Assembly (NCBI GenBank): GCA_010093815.1
Contig: ML996570.1
Direction: 5' to 3' (one strand)
Origin: Pseudovirgaria hyperparasitica
Lineage: Eukaryota
Length of the DNA stretch: 64,000 nucleotides
A program made the translations under genes and the position numbers. The notes under the pieces were generated by a model, which did not search any database, had not been told where the DNA came from, and was given only the letters and a program-made list of their open reading frames with translations. Of the stretch, positions 49,422 to 62,076 are shown piece after piece; the first letter of the stretch is position 1, and every line of letters starts with the position of its first letter.

Positions 49422-50836
49422 AAACACTAGCACTAGATACCATAGCATTCCAATGAAGTATAAGGGTGCCCATAGGCACATTGGCCCAGGCAGCACCCAT
49501 CTTGGCTAATACAAGCATGGGCACATTCATCTTTCACAGTAGCACCACTGCGAGAAGCGCGTTAAGGATCCCAAGGGTCGTGCAGCGTAATTAGTCTCTT
49601 CTGATTCTAAGAGATTCAATCTGGTTGATATCGGATGCATGATTAGACTGTTAGTAGTCATCCGCGCATGACGTGGTCTGAGAATATGTACCTGCACTCC
49701 TAGCTCCCAATGTCACGACGCCGCACTACTTGGTGTCTGGGCGCTTTCATACATCTCTATGACTCCAAGATCAAATGTACCCATGCCTATCTATATTTGG
49801 ATTAGTTTTGCGTTATACAAGCATCATAGCACCTCTCGTAAGGTTTAATGAAATGTCAAATATATGGTACAGAGAATTTGGAAGCAGGATAGATCTATCG
49901 TGTCAAACCGAGTGTGGAGTCATTAACACTGGCCAAACAAAAATCAATATATTATTCACCGAACTTCTTAGAACTCAAAGGCACTTGTTGGATACGAAGC
50001 TGTATATACTTCTATTTATCTTACAGAGGTGTAGTTTCTTGGATAGGCATCTAGCTTGGCACGGGCTCCAACATGAATGGAAATTGTGTTTGTCTATATC
50101 TATTTTGCCAATAATGACTTCCAACTATCTGTGTATGTATCGTCGAACATAGACGTCGAACCAGATAGCAGATCCAGCAATTCGGTGAAGAGATTATTCT
50201 CATACGGATACTACTAACCAGTGATTTCGACTGTCTTAGACACTATCTCGAGCTGTTCAATAAACTCGCTAAAAGGCATTTCTTCTACGTTAAGCAAGTA
50301 GTGGAGTATATAGAGTGCTAAGCACCACAGCCTAGCTCAAGGACTTCTCAGCTGCTCTTCAATACGTTCCATCTTCAGCGCACGCTTTCGCTTATGGCCC
50401 CAGCCACAACGAGGCGTTATAGTTTTTTATTTGCCTTCCCATCTACCCTACTCCGAAACACCTTACCAGGCTTTCCTCTGTGAGCATAAGCTCAACTGCT
50501 TTCCACCACGACAATGTGCATAATGGTGCAACGCAGACCAAATTTATCCTACAAATACAACAGGCCTATGTGTTGGAGGTACTTGGCAATTTTGACAGCC
50601 TGACAAGGATGTCTGCTTCGTGTTTTGCGCTTTGACTGTACTACTTGAATTGAGGAGCTAAGGATGCAACAGGCGAGGCTGAAACTCGATCGCCTATATA
50701 TGCTGGTCAGTTGTCATTGTTAGTCGCATGGTGAACCCCAGGGGATGAGCATGGGGCGAGAATGTCAGATTCTCTGTCAGACTCTCCTTTCTTCTTCTCT
50801 GGTTGATTTTTTGCTCCGGATCTCCTACTATGCAAT

Positions 50837-51866
50837 ATGAGATCACCGTTCAGAATGACAAAACCATCGTGGATATGCGTGATGTTATTCACAACACTTA
50901 TATCAGCCCAGCAATGCTACTATCCAGACGGCACGGCCATCACCGACCCAGATTTGAACGTCTCGTGTGGCCGAGCCAACGAAGCAAGTGCGTGTTGCGG
51001 TGCCCGCGACGAATGCTACACCAATGGACTGTGTAAGGGGAATGGCGACGGCTGGCTGAACTGGTTTTGGCGATATGGATGTACTGATAGAGACTGGAAC
51101 GCTAAGACATGTGGGCATTTTTGCACCCGTGAGCATACGTGTATCTCTGTCTGAAGACTCCGTCTCTGATCTCAAGCTAGAGTTTGATCGATCCGGACGG
51201 TCGCTTGTCTTGCAGTGCTCTCAGACCGAGTTCTGTTGCGCGTATCCTGATACGGTGTTTTTGAACGTGGAATCGAATTACACCTGCTGTCATGACGAGG
51301 AGCGAGTTTTCGATGCAGGGAAGCCGGTTCATTTGTCTGGCCCAAGTGTATATGTCGATGGCGTGTATTCGGAGTTTGAGAAAAGTGATGGCGCCACAAC
51401 GACGGCTCCAACATCTCGAGTGTTTAGCACATTTACCTCGACGATTGCTTCCGCCACTCTTACACCAGTCACGCTGATAAGCTCGTCCCCAACACTGTTT
51501 AGCAGTATGCCTGTACCGTCCGCTTCGCCATCAACATCGTCTTCTCCGAACCGTCTCGCCATAGGAATTGGAGCTGGTCTAGGCATTCCCCTCGGTATCA
51601 CGTTGACTGCAGGCCTTGCCTTTCTAATCTGGCGTTACAAGAATCGTACCAAACCCCAAGGTCCACCTTGTCCGCCGATGTATCAAGAATGGCTACATCA
51701 GCATGGTTACAAGCAAACAGATCCCCACGGTCCATACTTTGCCCCCACTGAACCGCAGGAGATACATGGCGCGCAGTTCTATGAGTTGCCTCTGAGCGGA
51801 GCTGAAGCAATGACGATGCAACAAGGTCCGCAGGAATTAGCTGATGTGTCTCGCACGAAGACGTAG
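50837..51866 (+). CDS. Type I membrane protein: signal peptide, Cys-rich ectodomain, Ser/Thr stalk, TM helix (Mid2-like sensor architecture); intron 51129-51180
   Basis: AQQCYYPDG..SACCG..C..NGLC..RYGCTDRDW..C..FC; AIGIGAGLGIPLGITLTAGLAFLIWRY; tail with PQEI / FYELP / PQEL motifs. Confidence 0.85.
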
Positions 51867-52667
51867 ACGCACATAGATCTCATTGCTACTGGGAAGTGAA
51901 AAGACCACGTTGTTGATGATTTGTTCAAGTTTAGCATTAAAGATCCTGTGGGAGCTCATTGATTGGAAGCCCACAGAGACAAGCTCACAGCCATGCATTG
52001 CGCCAGAGGATATTAGGCTAAAAAGGACTGGGTGGGCCGCTACAAGAAAAAGTGTAGGGCCAAACAATGGGGGCGTTGCTCTGAAGAGGTACATGCTGCA
52101 GTGGTATTTGAGGACAATGGCATGTTGGGTAGCTGAGAAATTCATTGTGCAGATCTAAACATTCTTACTGGATACCTGATAGGTGTTAGACACGAGCGAG
52201 GAGGTAGAAAGAGGTGATTACTATGATAATTGGATGGTATCTTAATAATCGCATCAAATGCCCACGATCTTGCGAGAATTGGCCAGAAGAAAGAACGCAG
52301 ATGAGCGTGTGCCTGCTTGAGTGGAAACAGGTGTGTATTATGTCTCAGATCCTCGCCACGCAGCACATGATTGTGGACTATTATTGTTCGCCCAATCTTT
52401 GCGCATCCAAAGCAGTACACCACTATCAATATGATGTGCTTTTCGTGGAGCGTTCTCTGCAGCCTGATGTTTGGTGCCGATCCGAACCAGGTTTCCACTC
52501 CGGGTTGCATACACCAGACTCATGTTGCCCCAGAAACACCAGCTCTCAATGCTTAACAGAATATGCTTGTTTGTGCCGTCTGGGCGGCATCATTTCACAG
52601 AGATGCTGAGCATGTACCATATCCCATACCTGAACACATATCTAATGTGCTTTCATATCGTGTGCTT

Positions 52668-53586
52668 TTATCTTTGGCCAGCGAAACCAGGTGGGAAACC
52701 ACCGCGTCCACCAGGTGGACCGCCCTGGGGTGGGCCACCTTGAAATCCAGGGGGGCCTTGAGGAGGACCGCCTTGAAAGCCTAAATCTTGTTAGAGAAGC
52801 CATATAAAGTGATGATTTTCATAGAGGTCTTACCAGGAGGGCCACCACCTGGCGCACCGGGAAAACCTGGGCCACCGAATCCAGCAGGCGGACCACCTCG
52901 ACCTGGGAATCCGCCTGGGGGTCCTCCGAAGCCACCTGGAGGCTGAAATCCACCAGGTCCTCCAAAGCCAGCGGGTCCCGGTCCACCAACACCAGCAGCT
53001 GGACCTGTGAGTCCTGTTGGCATCCCTCTACCGGCTGGTCTGCTGATTCCTGGTCCAGCGGTCATGGTGGCTGGTGCACCCGTGCCTGCCGATGAAGACG
53101 CACCGAGACGTGCAGAAGGGTCTGCGGGCGGTGGTCCATCAACTGATAGCGACACGATGGTGGCGCCGCGGATGATCAACAGTCCAAGCGACCTTTTCTC
53201 TTCTTGATCTGTGAGCGGCTGGATAGTCCCCGGTGGACCTTTGTTGCCTTTGCGCTTTATGCGTCGGAACTCCTCTGTGTCTGCGAGAACGAGGTTCATA
53301 TGCTGCACGAAGTATAAGTATTCGACAAAGAACATAGAGCGGGACTAGAGCAGGCTTCTACCTTATCAAAAGCCAGCATTTGCCCAGCCATCTGTCTACC
53401 ATCGGCAAGTGTGGCACGCATACGATAGTTGAGCTAAGATTCATTAACCACTGGGGAATGCGTGCACACATAGGTCACTCACGAGATTTTGCTGTTGATC
53501 CAAAAGTCAGCTACACCTGTCAACGATTCCGCGTTGCAGCGCGTATTCATAGAACTTACAATCTTTCCTTGCTTATTCGCAGCCAT
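52668..53586 (-). CDS. SMB1: Sm protein B (snRNP core); 5 exons including a 9-nt microexon
   Basis: MAANKQGKI|QNL|LNYRMRATLADGRQMAGQMLAFDK|HMNLVLADTEEFRR; Gly/Pro-rich tail. Confidence 0.96.
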
Positions 53587-53890
53587 GGTGGCGTAAAAGG
53601 TCCGAGACTTGACGACAACGAGAGGATGTCCGGTATAGAAGAAAACAACAGCTGATTGAGCGACACTGGATGGGTACTCGAGTGTAGTTATGTGCTAAAG
53701 TCGGTGTTGTATCGCGCGGTCGGCAAAGCTTTGATATGAGGTTGCGATGAGGCTCCAGCCAGTTCGCTTAGAAAGCTCTTTTCGGCTAGCGCCCTCACAC
53801 TTGGATTTTCATGAACACCACACCAAAGACGTCTCTTTACAATCTCACCTCCAACTTACCTCACCGGGATTCACTAACATCACAGCAGCT

Positions 53891-54597
53891 ATGGTACGCT
53901 CCAGCTACAACACTGCATAGACACCTCAGCATGCTAACATAACCTTTAGTCGGACAGCAAGGACAAGTCCACCAACCCCATGCGGGAGCTCCGCATCCAG
54001 AAGCTCGTCCTTAACATTTCCGTCGGAGAGTCTGGTGATAGACTTACGAGAGCGGCCAAAGTGCTCGAGCAATTGAGCGGTCAAACCCCAGTCTACAGTA
54101 CGTTCATATCGGTCGCGCCTCCACAGAATTTATGAAATAATAATGTGTTGTCCTCCAGGCAAGGCCCGTTATACTGTCCGCACATTCGGTATTCGTCGTA
54201 ACGAGAAAATTGCTGTCCACGTCACCGTCCGGGGTCCCAAGGCTGAGGAGATTCTTGAGCGTGGCCTCAAGGTCAAGGAATATGAGCTGAGGAAGCGCAA
54301 CTTCTCCGAGACTGGCAACTTCGGCTTCGGTATCAGCGAACACATCGACTTGGGTATCAAGTACGACCCAGGTATTGGTATCTACGGCATGGACTTCTAC
54401 TGCTGCATGTAAGTAGACTTGGCACGGTCCAGAATCCACACGTATGGGAATCTGACTTTTGCTTTCGCAGGACCCGCCCAGGTGAGCGCGTTGCTAAGCG
54501 CAGACGAGCGACAAGCAAAATCGGTGCATCCCACAAGATTACCCAGAACGAGACCATCAAGTGGTACAAGAACAGGTTCGAGGGTATCGTGAGGTAG
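53891..54597 (+). CDS. RPL11: 60S ribosomal protein L11 (uL5); 4 exons, the first coding exon is the ATG alone
   Basis: [85 protein letters not shown]. Confidence 0.98.
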
Positions 54598-55498
54598 AAG
54601 GTGTAAAAATGAATGGTTCGAAGGGGTGGCATATCAGCATTAGGGCATTTGAATGAAAGCCGCCGGCGCAAGAGTATTTGGAGTGAATCCGCAATGGGCC
54701 AGTGTACCTACAGGGAAAAAATACTCAAGTCAACGGCCTATCAATGGAGCTTTTTTCAATGCATCGATCCATATACCAATGAAGGCTTCACTCTGGTGAT
54801 GACCGCATAACCATTGGTGATCTGCATTATACCAGACAAGGCTGCGGGAGTACACAAGACCCATGCTCCTGCTGGGCTGTCCTGCCCTTTGCCCATTATA
54901 CGTGTATCTGGGTGACTTGTGATCGTACTTTGCGCGCAGTCGTCACGTGTGTCGGACTCTTTTGCTGTCTTTGATATGACATTAACTAATACAAAGCCCT
55001 GCATGATTTGCCACAGGCTGATGTCTAATATAGGGATAGCGAATATCGGCCATAAATCATCCATTGAATACCACGTAAAGAAGAAAGATGATCTGATGAT
55101 TTCGGTAGCTGTAACATTGGACTAAGATGCCGATTTTAAAAATGTTACATATTCTGCAATCACTCGAATTTAATAATTACTGAAAACCTCAAGTTGTCAT
55201 GATTTAGGACGTCCAGGGATGTGTTTTTCAGGGGTGTGTTTTTAACTGAGGGTGATCGCATCGTGGCTGCCTTGTCGAGCGCCCGCTGACGTCTCTCGCC
55301 CCAACATCTTTCCTAGGGCTGAGCACAATGCCGCGTAATCGCCCATTGGCATGTGAATCTAACTCAACATCCTGGGCTATCATGCGCAGGAACAATTCAT
55401 ATTCTCTTGACGGATCCTGACCTCACAACCTCCTCTGACTGGACTGACACTCGCCTTGCCAGCATCACTCGCGAAATGCCCATAGCTCGAAGGCTAAC

Positions 55499-58347
55499 AT
55501 GCAATACAAGGATGAGCCATTAGAGCCACGCAACGCTTCGACTTTCCCACAAGACCACGAAGAAGTAGATCCAGAAGCGCTGCGATTCTTCAACCGCTCA
55601 CCACATCCGTATCACCGTAGAAGTGCTTCGATTGACGCTGTTGACCGTCCTGACGACCTATCGACTTCCCTCGATGAAGGAACAAGCCCGCAGCATACTG
55701 GTTCAAGAGAACGGGCCCGGCGTCCTGGTTGCTTGGAATGGACCACTCAATTCAAGACGCCACATTCATCCAGCGACAGTGGCTCAGAAGCTGATGATGA
55801 GAGCTATTCGGTGTTCAGAGCCTTGCCTGCACCACCGATCAAGCCACGGAAAGGACTGCGAGACCTGGCCGGAGAGCTCGATGGATCCAACACACCCCTA
55901 CTATCTCCAGCACAGGTGGACGAGGATGGCCAGAAATACGAAACAAGCTATTTCCAGTTGAGGAGAGGAGGTATCAAACAGTCCCTCGTGGATGAGGAAG
56001 CTATCGCTGCTAGGAAACGGTATGTCAAGAGACGGCGAGCAGAGATGCTCAGGCGCACCACTGAAGTGGGACTCAATGCAGTCATTGGAGTCATTGTGAT
56101 AAGAGGCATAACTGTTTCTCAAACTATCCACACTTGGCATTCTGGTAAGTGGAATATTGGCCTGCGGTCGTACATGTTTTGAGTACTAAGAGCTCTCCAG
56201 CAGAGCTTGTTTCCTATATCTCTATGGTACCAGCTTTAGCGCTGACTTATTTCACTCGAATACTGTTCTTCCGACCAAGCAGTCATGGCAGCGAGCAAAT
56301 CCCTTTTCGTGAGCGAATCAGAATACCAGCGGCATTTGATCCAGCCACTTTGTTATACCCCGTTCTGCTACCGGTCATGGTGACCCTATCCATTACTCCT
56401 GCCGCAGAACATGCACTTTTACCGAACATCATTCTTGGACTAGCTTCTATTCCTCCTCGATTGGTTCAGTTCGGCGCTAGCCATCATGGCTATAATGTGA
56501 TTCACTGGTTCATCAGTATCGTCCCCTTAATACTCTCCGAAAATACGGTATGGGTCGACAAGACGAGGGCCACAACGCCGTATCTACTAAAGTCAGGACC
56601 TCCGGACGCATTACGTCCTGACGATCTTGCAATTCTGTACGCTCTCCACCAGGCGCTGTTGTCTCCGTTACAATATCTCACCACAACGAGTCTCCTACCT
56701 GCTGAGCTTCAATTACTGTCTGTAGCATTGATCAACGTGCTCTTGTTTGCGCAGTCATCACAGACCACTATATTGTCAATCATTATCTGGGTCGGTGGCT
56801 TAGGCGTCTTCATTATGTGCGGTAAAGTCCTCACATGGGGAGTTCAGCTAGCACGTATCCCAAGGTGGCGTTTTCGTCGAGTTGGTGCCGTAATCAAGGC
56901 ACGACAGTCATTCATCACAGCGCTCAAAAGAGGTCGAAAGTCTCATCAGCAAGCCGATGGGCCCATTGAGGTCTTTGACTCCGAGGAGGACGACAAGCTT
57001 GCCTCCAAAGCATTACAAAGACGCCGTCGAGAGAGCATCGGTATGGACGCACTGAAGGCGTTCTTACCGGATTCAATGCAAGACTCGGACGGATTGTATC
57101 GTTCGCTGAGTGCGAGGCACATACCTGCACCTGAACCTACTCCTAGAATCGAATCTCGCCAGCGAAGCAATACCTTATCTGCCCTTGAACTACCATCTCC
57201 ACTGCCACGGCAGCCTTCGACTAACCGACGACGTCCGCGGCGCTCGGAGGTCAAATCTCTTCTAGAACTCACACCAGCACAGGCAACTACCCGAAAATGG
57301 GTTTATGCAGCGTACATATACGTCGCCATCATCAGCCTCATCCTCGGGCCTATCCGCTACCTTGTAGCACAACATGCTCTTCAAGGCAACGAACCATTCG
57401 GCTGGGCTTTAGGCTACCTGGCCGGGGGCATCCCAAGGTTTCGCGATCTACGCCGATCTCTCGATCTCGAGCCCTGGATCCCGCTCCCACCCCTTTTTCC
57501 ATTCGAATACGATGATCTCTCGTCCAGCCTGTGCCGTGCAGATCATGTACGTACACAAGTGATCGGTGCTGCAAACACACGCCTCTGTATCGCTGCCTAC
57601 TGCGTTGTCGTCCTGGGCTTTGGCATGCTCACCGTGCTCGGCCTGCCCTCTACTGTGGAAGTCGACACGCGGCGCAAAGTTTTTCACGGTATGATGGTGC
57701 TCATGCTTCTCCCCACCATCTTCATCGACCCTGCCTTCGTCTCACTCGCCCTTATCATCATCCTCGCCGTGTTCCTCCTCCTCGACCTCATCCGCGCATC
57801 GCAGCTGCCTCCGCTCAGCAAACCGCTCGCATACTTCCTCCAACCTTACGTTGATGGCCGAGACCTGCGTGGTCCTGTTGTTGTCAGCCATATCTTCCTG
57901 CTCATCGGCTGCGCGATCCCGTTATGGCTCAGCTTGGGTGGCATGGCGCGCACAGGCGTCGAGCCGTGGGATGGCTGGGACGTTGTGGGCCGCGATGTAA
58001 GTATGCTTGCTGGAGTTGTTTGTGTGGGCATGGGTGATGCTGCAGCATCGCTTGTAGGTCGGCGTTTTGGACGTCGCAAGTGGCCATGGGCAGGTGGAAA
58101 AAGTCTCGAGGGCAGCGCAGCGTTTGCGGGTGCCGTTACCATGGGATTGATGTTTGGCAAGACATGGCTATGGGCTGGGGGATGGGATGAGGCGAGTACG
58201 ACCGGTAGCTCGTGGGTGAGTACACTGTGCAAGGCGCTGGGCGCGGCGTGTGGAGCAAGTCTGATGGAAGCGGTGTTGACGGGTGGGAATGATAACGTGA
58301 TTGTGCCGGTGGTTTTATGGCTGCTCGTCAGGGGTCTGCGGATGTGA
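55499..58347 (+). CDS. SEC59: Dolichol kinase; intron 56145-56200
   Basis: VDTRRKVFH, DGRDLRGPVVVSHIFLLIGCAIPLWL, GMGDAAASLVGRRFG, KSLEGS, GNDN; many TM helices. Confidence 0.95.
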
Positions 58348-58587
58348 CGTGATACCCCATGTATGCTTTATTGGAAAGATTTGGCAGCCCTGTGAACTGT
58401 CCTGCAAGGGAAGGTATGTCAGAATAGGCCTGTCGAACTAAAGACATAATTACTCCTCGTGCCTGGTGCCTGGCACAACAACATCATCATCGTCGTCACC
58501 GTCAGTGTCATCCGACACAGGTATAGCATGATTCTGAATCTAAGACACTGATCTGACATATGCGCAAGCGCGAGCGAGCCTCACCAC

Positions 58588-58880
58588 GTGTGTGCCCGCG
58601 TGTGCCTGCGTGTGCCTGCGTGTCTACAGTCAAGCCAGGAGAGCCGGAGATGGTTTCGTACGTTTTTATGCGCGTGCGTGCGCGTGTGCGGAGTGAAATG
58701 GTCGAGTCGAGTTGAGTGCACGCTTCGTGGTCTGCAAGTAGTGACGTCACATCCAGTTCCCCCCGTCACTGTCATTCTCTCTGTGACATGGGAATTGTTC
58801 GTGTTAGTTAGGATACGCATGTTTCGAGCTCTGCTTTGTTTTTTATTTTTGCTTTGCTCTTTGTTTTGTTTTGTTTTGTT
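58588..58880. repeat. Low-complexity simple repeats: (GTGTGCCYGC)x3 at ~58590-58622 and TTTTG-rich tract at ~58835-58880
   Basis: Read directly from sequence. Confidence 0.7.
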
Positions 58881-61800
58881 CCATGGGTTCATTGCATCAT
58901 GGTCATGGCGAGGGAATATTGGTGTAATCACTGCAGCTGCGCGTGCATGGAGGTAGGGAAAGGTGCTTGATGGCATGGACGTGGCACTGCGTAGACATTC
59001 TAGAACATCTTTGACGCGTGAGCTGGTATTTAAAGGAGATCTATTGGGATTGTGATGTCGACGAGGGGACTGCGGTGGACAGTGATGAAGCATTGATAGT
59101 TACGCTGTAGACGGAGAGTGGATTTTAGGGGTGTTGGTCGATTGGGCGTCATGCCGACGTTCAACGGTGGTGTGAGCACGAATTATTTCCGTTTCTGGTG
59201 GCTCGGGAGCCAATGAGGTGCCCGCGTTGACTACGACCTCGACACTAACCCGTGGACGCTCGCGATCGAGAAGTTTGAATGCTGCCTTTGATGAGAACAT
59301 TGGTGATAGGGTAATATTTTGCTTCTTTGGGAGGATGGCGTTGAATTTTGTTCTTTGAGGTTGTGTTTTGACGTACGATCTGCGGGATTGCTCGTCTCGC
59401 ATCTGGGATGCGTTGTTCCCACGCGTCTAGAGTGGATGCCTCGAGGCGGATACCTTGTGGGCGGATGGAGCCATCCCCATCCATACCTTATGCTTCTTGC
59501 ACGTTGTGTTGTGGGGCGATGGCTGGTTTCTATGGCAGTTGCATGTGTGTGTGCGTGTGGACAAGATCATCGGTGCATATCCAGATAGCCCAGCATGGAG
59601 ACGGCGTAGGCGTAGTGACGATAAGATGTTGTGCCTGTGACGGATCGCCGTGGAACAGTGGAAGTCTAACTACCTGGTACAATCTACAGTAGGAGTACTT
59701 TAGTCGTAGTATCAGCTTATCGATAAGTGGCCTTGATACTGGCCAATCGCTCCTTATAGGCGCACCCGGGCGGCCGTAAAATGTCATCGATAAGGTAGCG
59801 CTGGACCCTGGCGGGCTACCAATCCTTCGCTGGTTCTGCATCTTCCCGGGCATCGTGAGGCTTCTTCGTGTGGGAGGGATCGCCGAAGATACGGGATGCT
59901 CCACTCTCCAGTCTGTTTGTCTGGAAGCCTAGGAGCTCCGGAGCGGTCGTGAAACAACAGCCTCTACCATGAAATGAATCCATGCTGTCACTACCGTATG
60001 CCTATGGAATGCTCCGGCTGGCACGCAAGGAAAGGAAAAAGGAACGAGGAAATGACCGCAATTAGGAGCATTCGGCTGCTACCGTACTTGGTACTTAATT
60101 AGTTACGTTGGCCTGGAGCTACTCTCAGGGGCCACTCTGCCTGCTACGGATGCCTGACCGATGAGCGACGTGGAGGGAGCTGGTTGCCGTTCGGGGCGGG
60201 GAAGGCTGCCGGTGCTGAGCTGCGTTGGAGGCGCATGTCCGAAGCCTGCTGTGTGATGGGCGATGGACGAGGGAATCCCAAGGGCGGAGTTGTGTCACTG
60301 TCGCACTTACTCGACGCCCGCTATTCCTTCCTTGTCTTCACCCTGAGAGCTGGAGACGCGGGGAGATGGTCCATGAAAGGATCATGCTATATCGCCGGCC
60401 GTTGCTGTCCTCGCTCCCTCGTTCAAGGCGTCATTGTATGCTCATGTTGTGTCTTCGTACCTACTATACTGCACGCCAGAATTGCATGCTGTGAGGTGAT
60501 GACCGGTACACATGGCGAGAGCGGTCGGAGTAGGCGTCGACGTCAACGTCAACGTCCTCATTCCGCCGCCTGTTCACGCAATCCATTTCCTGTCAGGCTC
60601 ATGCTGTCACGATGCGATACCTCCAGCCACCATCGCCCATCCGGGGAAGGCCCGTTTTGCAGTTGATTGGCTGCATTGGTGCGACGCGTGCTTGTGATCA
60701 TCCGCCCCCGGTTTATCTTCGTGACGCTACAGTTGAGCGTGAGCAGTATTGGGTGTTGAGTACTGAGTATGGAGTATTGGCTCTTGTATTTGAGCACCCT
60801 TCCTCCGCTGATGCTGACGCTGAGGCTGGCGAATGAGCTCTTGACCTGTTCTGTCACTCATGACGTACCGACAAACGTACTGATACTTCTGTCTCGCTGT
60901 GAGAGACCTCTAGCGGAATAGGATGCCGCTGACCGGAAGAAAAGGCCATCACGGTAGCAGTTCGGTATTGATCTGCTGAAGGATCGTGGTACGTAGGTAT
61001 ACATAGAAGTAAGTAGTACATGATACAGGAACGGATGGAGAGAATGCTGCATCGTCCAGCTGCAGCCTGCAAGCCCCAGATAGGACAACGGCAGCCACTC
61101 CAGGCCCAGTTCCATACTATTACCACTTTCTACCACAACGCATGTTTGTGTCGATAAGGCGATGCGTGATATTGATATTGGAATCTATTGGTAGCTGGTG
61201 CTGAGTCCTCTCGGGGCGAACTGCGCTATTCTAGAACCAAGTTAGCGAGGGCGCAGGCCGCCATACAGCCCCGGAGGCCCCTCTCCTACCCACCACCTGG
61301 GGACCCCCTCCCCCCCAAAAAAATACAGGTGCACACCCTACCGAATGGATGGCCGCCTGCCTGCACCATCTGCTGCCCCCATGTCCTCATGCTTGCCCCG
61401 AGCTCTGACTCTATCAATCCACACACACTCACTCACTAACCACATCATTCATCCAGAGAGAGCTCTCATCACTACCCGATAATACTGCTGTTGTCTCTGT
61501 TTCCCTTCCTCTCCCAGTCACGCAATTCCTCGTCCTCCTCTCTTCACCATCCCTTGTATTTCTTCTTCTCCCTACTCCAACACCTACCTTCACCATCCCT
61601 CCCTCTGCGTCCTTGGTGCCCGCCTATTGCTGTCAACCTCCGAATTCTACGTACGCCCTTCCCGCTGCCGACCCGCTTGCTTCAGAGCCTCGCCTGTCAA
61701 CCACGTTGTACCTGGTACCATCTATTGACGCTCGCTTCTGTTCTCTCACAGTATCATCCGTCTCCTTTGCGACCTTGCTTTACGCCTATACTCCATACCG

Positions 61801-61947
61801 ACGTCTTCTACCAGCTTCCGCCGTTGCATCTTATACTTGTTACACGGCACTTCTAGCTAAGCTCTCGTCATCCCGGTCATCAAGCCCTCACCGGTCAGCT
61901 TCCTACCCTCCATCTCGACCATCCTCCGATATCGCCTCTTCCAGCTC

Positions 61948-61995
61948 ATGTTCAATATCCTGACAGGCTCGCTATATCCACATCTACGCCGGTGA
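61948..61995 (+). promoter_or_regulatory. Upstream ORF (MFNILTGSLYPHLRR*) in the ATG1 5' leader
   Basis: Only ATG found between ~61420 and the ATG1 start; leader also has a probable intron at 61651-61751. Confidence 0.5.
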
Positions 61996-62076
61996 TTCAT
62001 CGCTTCGACTTATATCGTTCGTGGGAAACAACCAGAAGGCCTGGACAGGCTCTGGGCATTATCAACATTCGCCACC

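Noticed and set aside
50133..50239. Intron-like GTATGT..CTAAC..TAG on the plus strand
   Set aside because: No spliced frame gives a convincing protein; insufficient support
52214..52609. 131-aa Cys-rich ORF
   Set aside because: No signal peptide, patterned Cys spacing or splice support; lies just downstream of the SmB stop on the opposite strand
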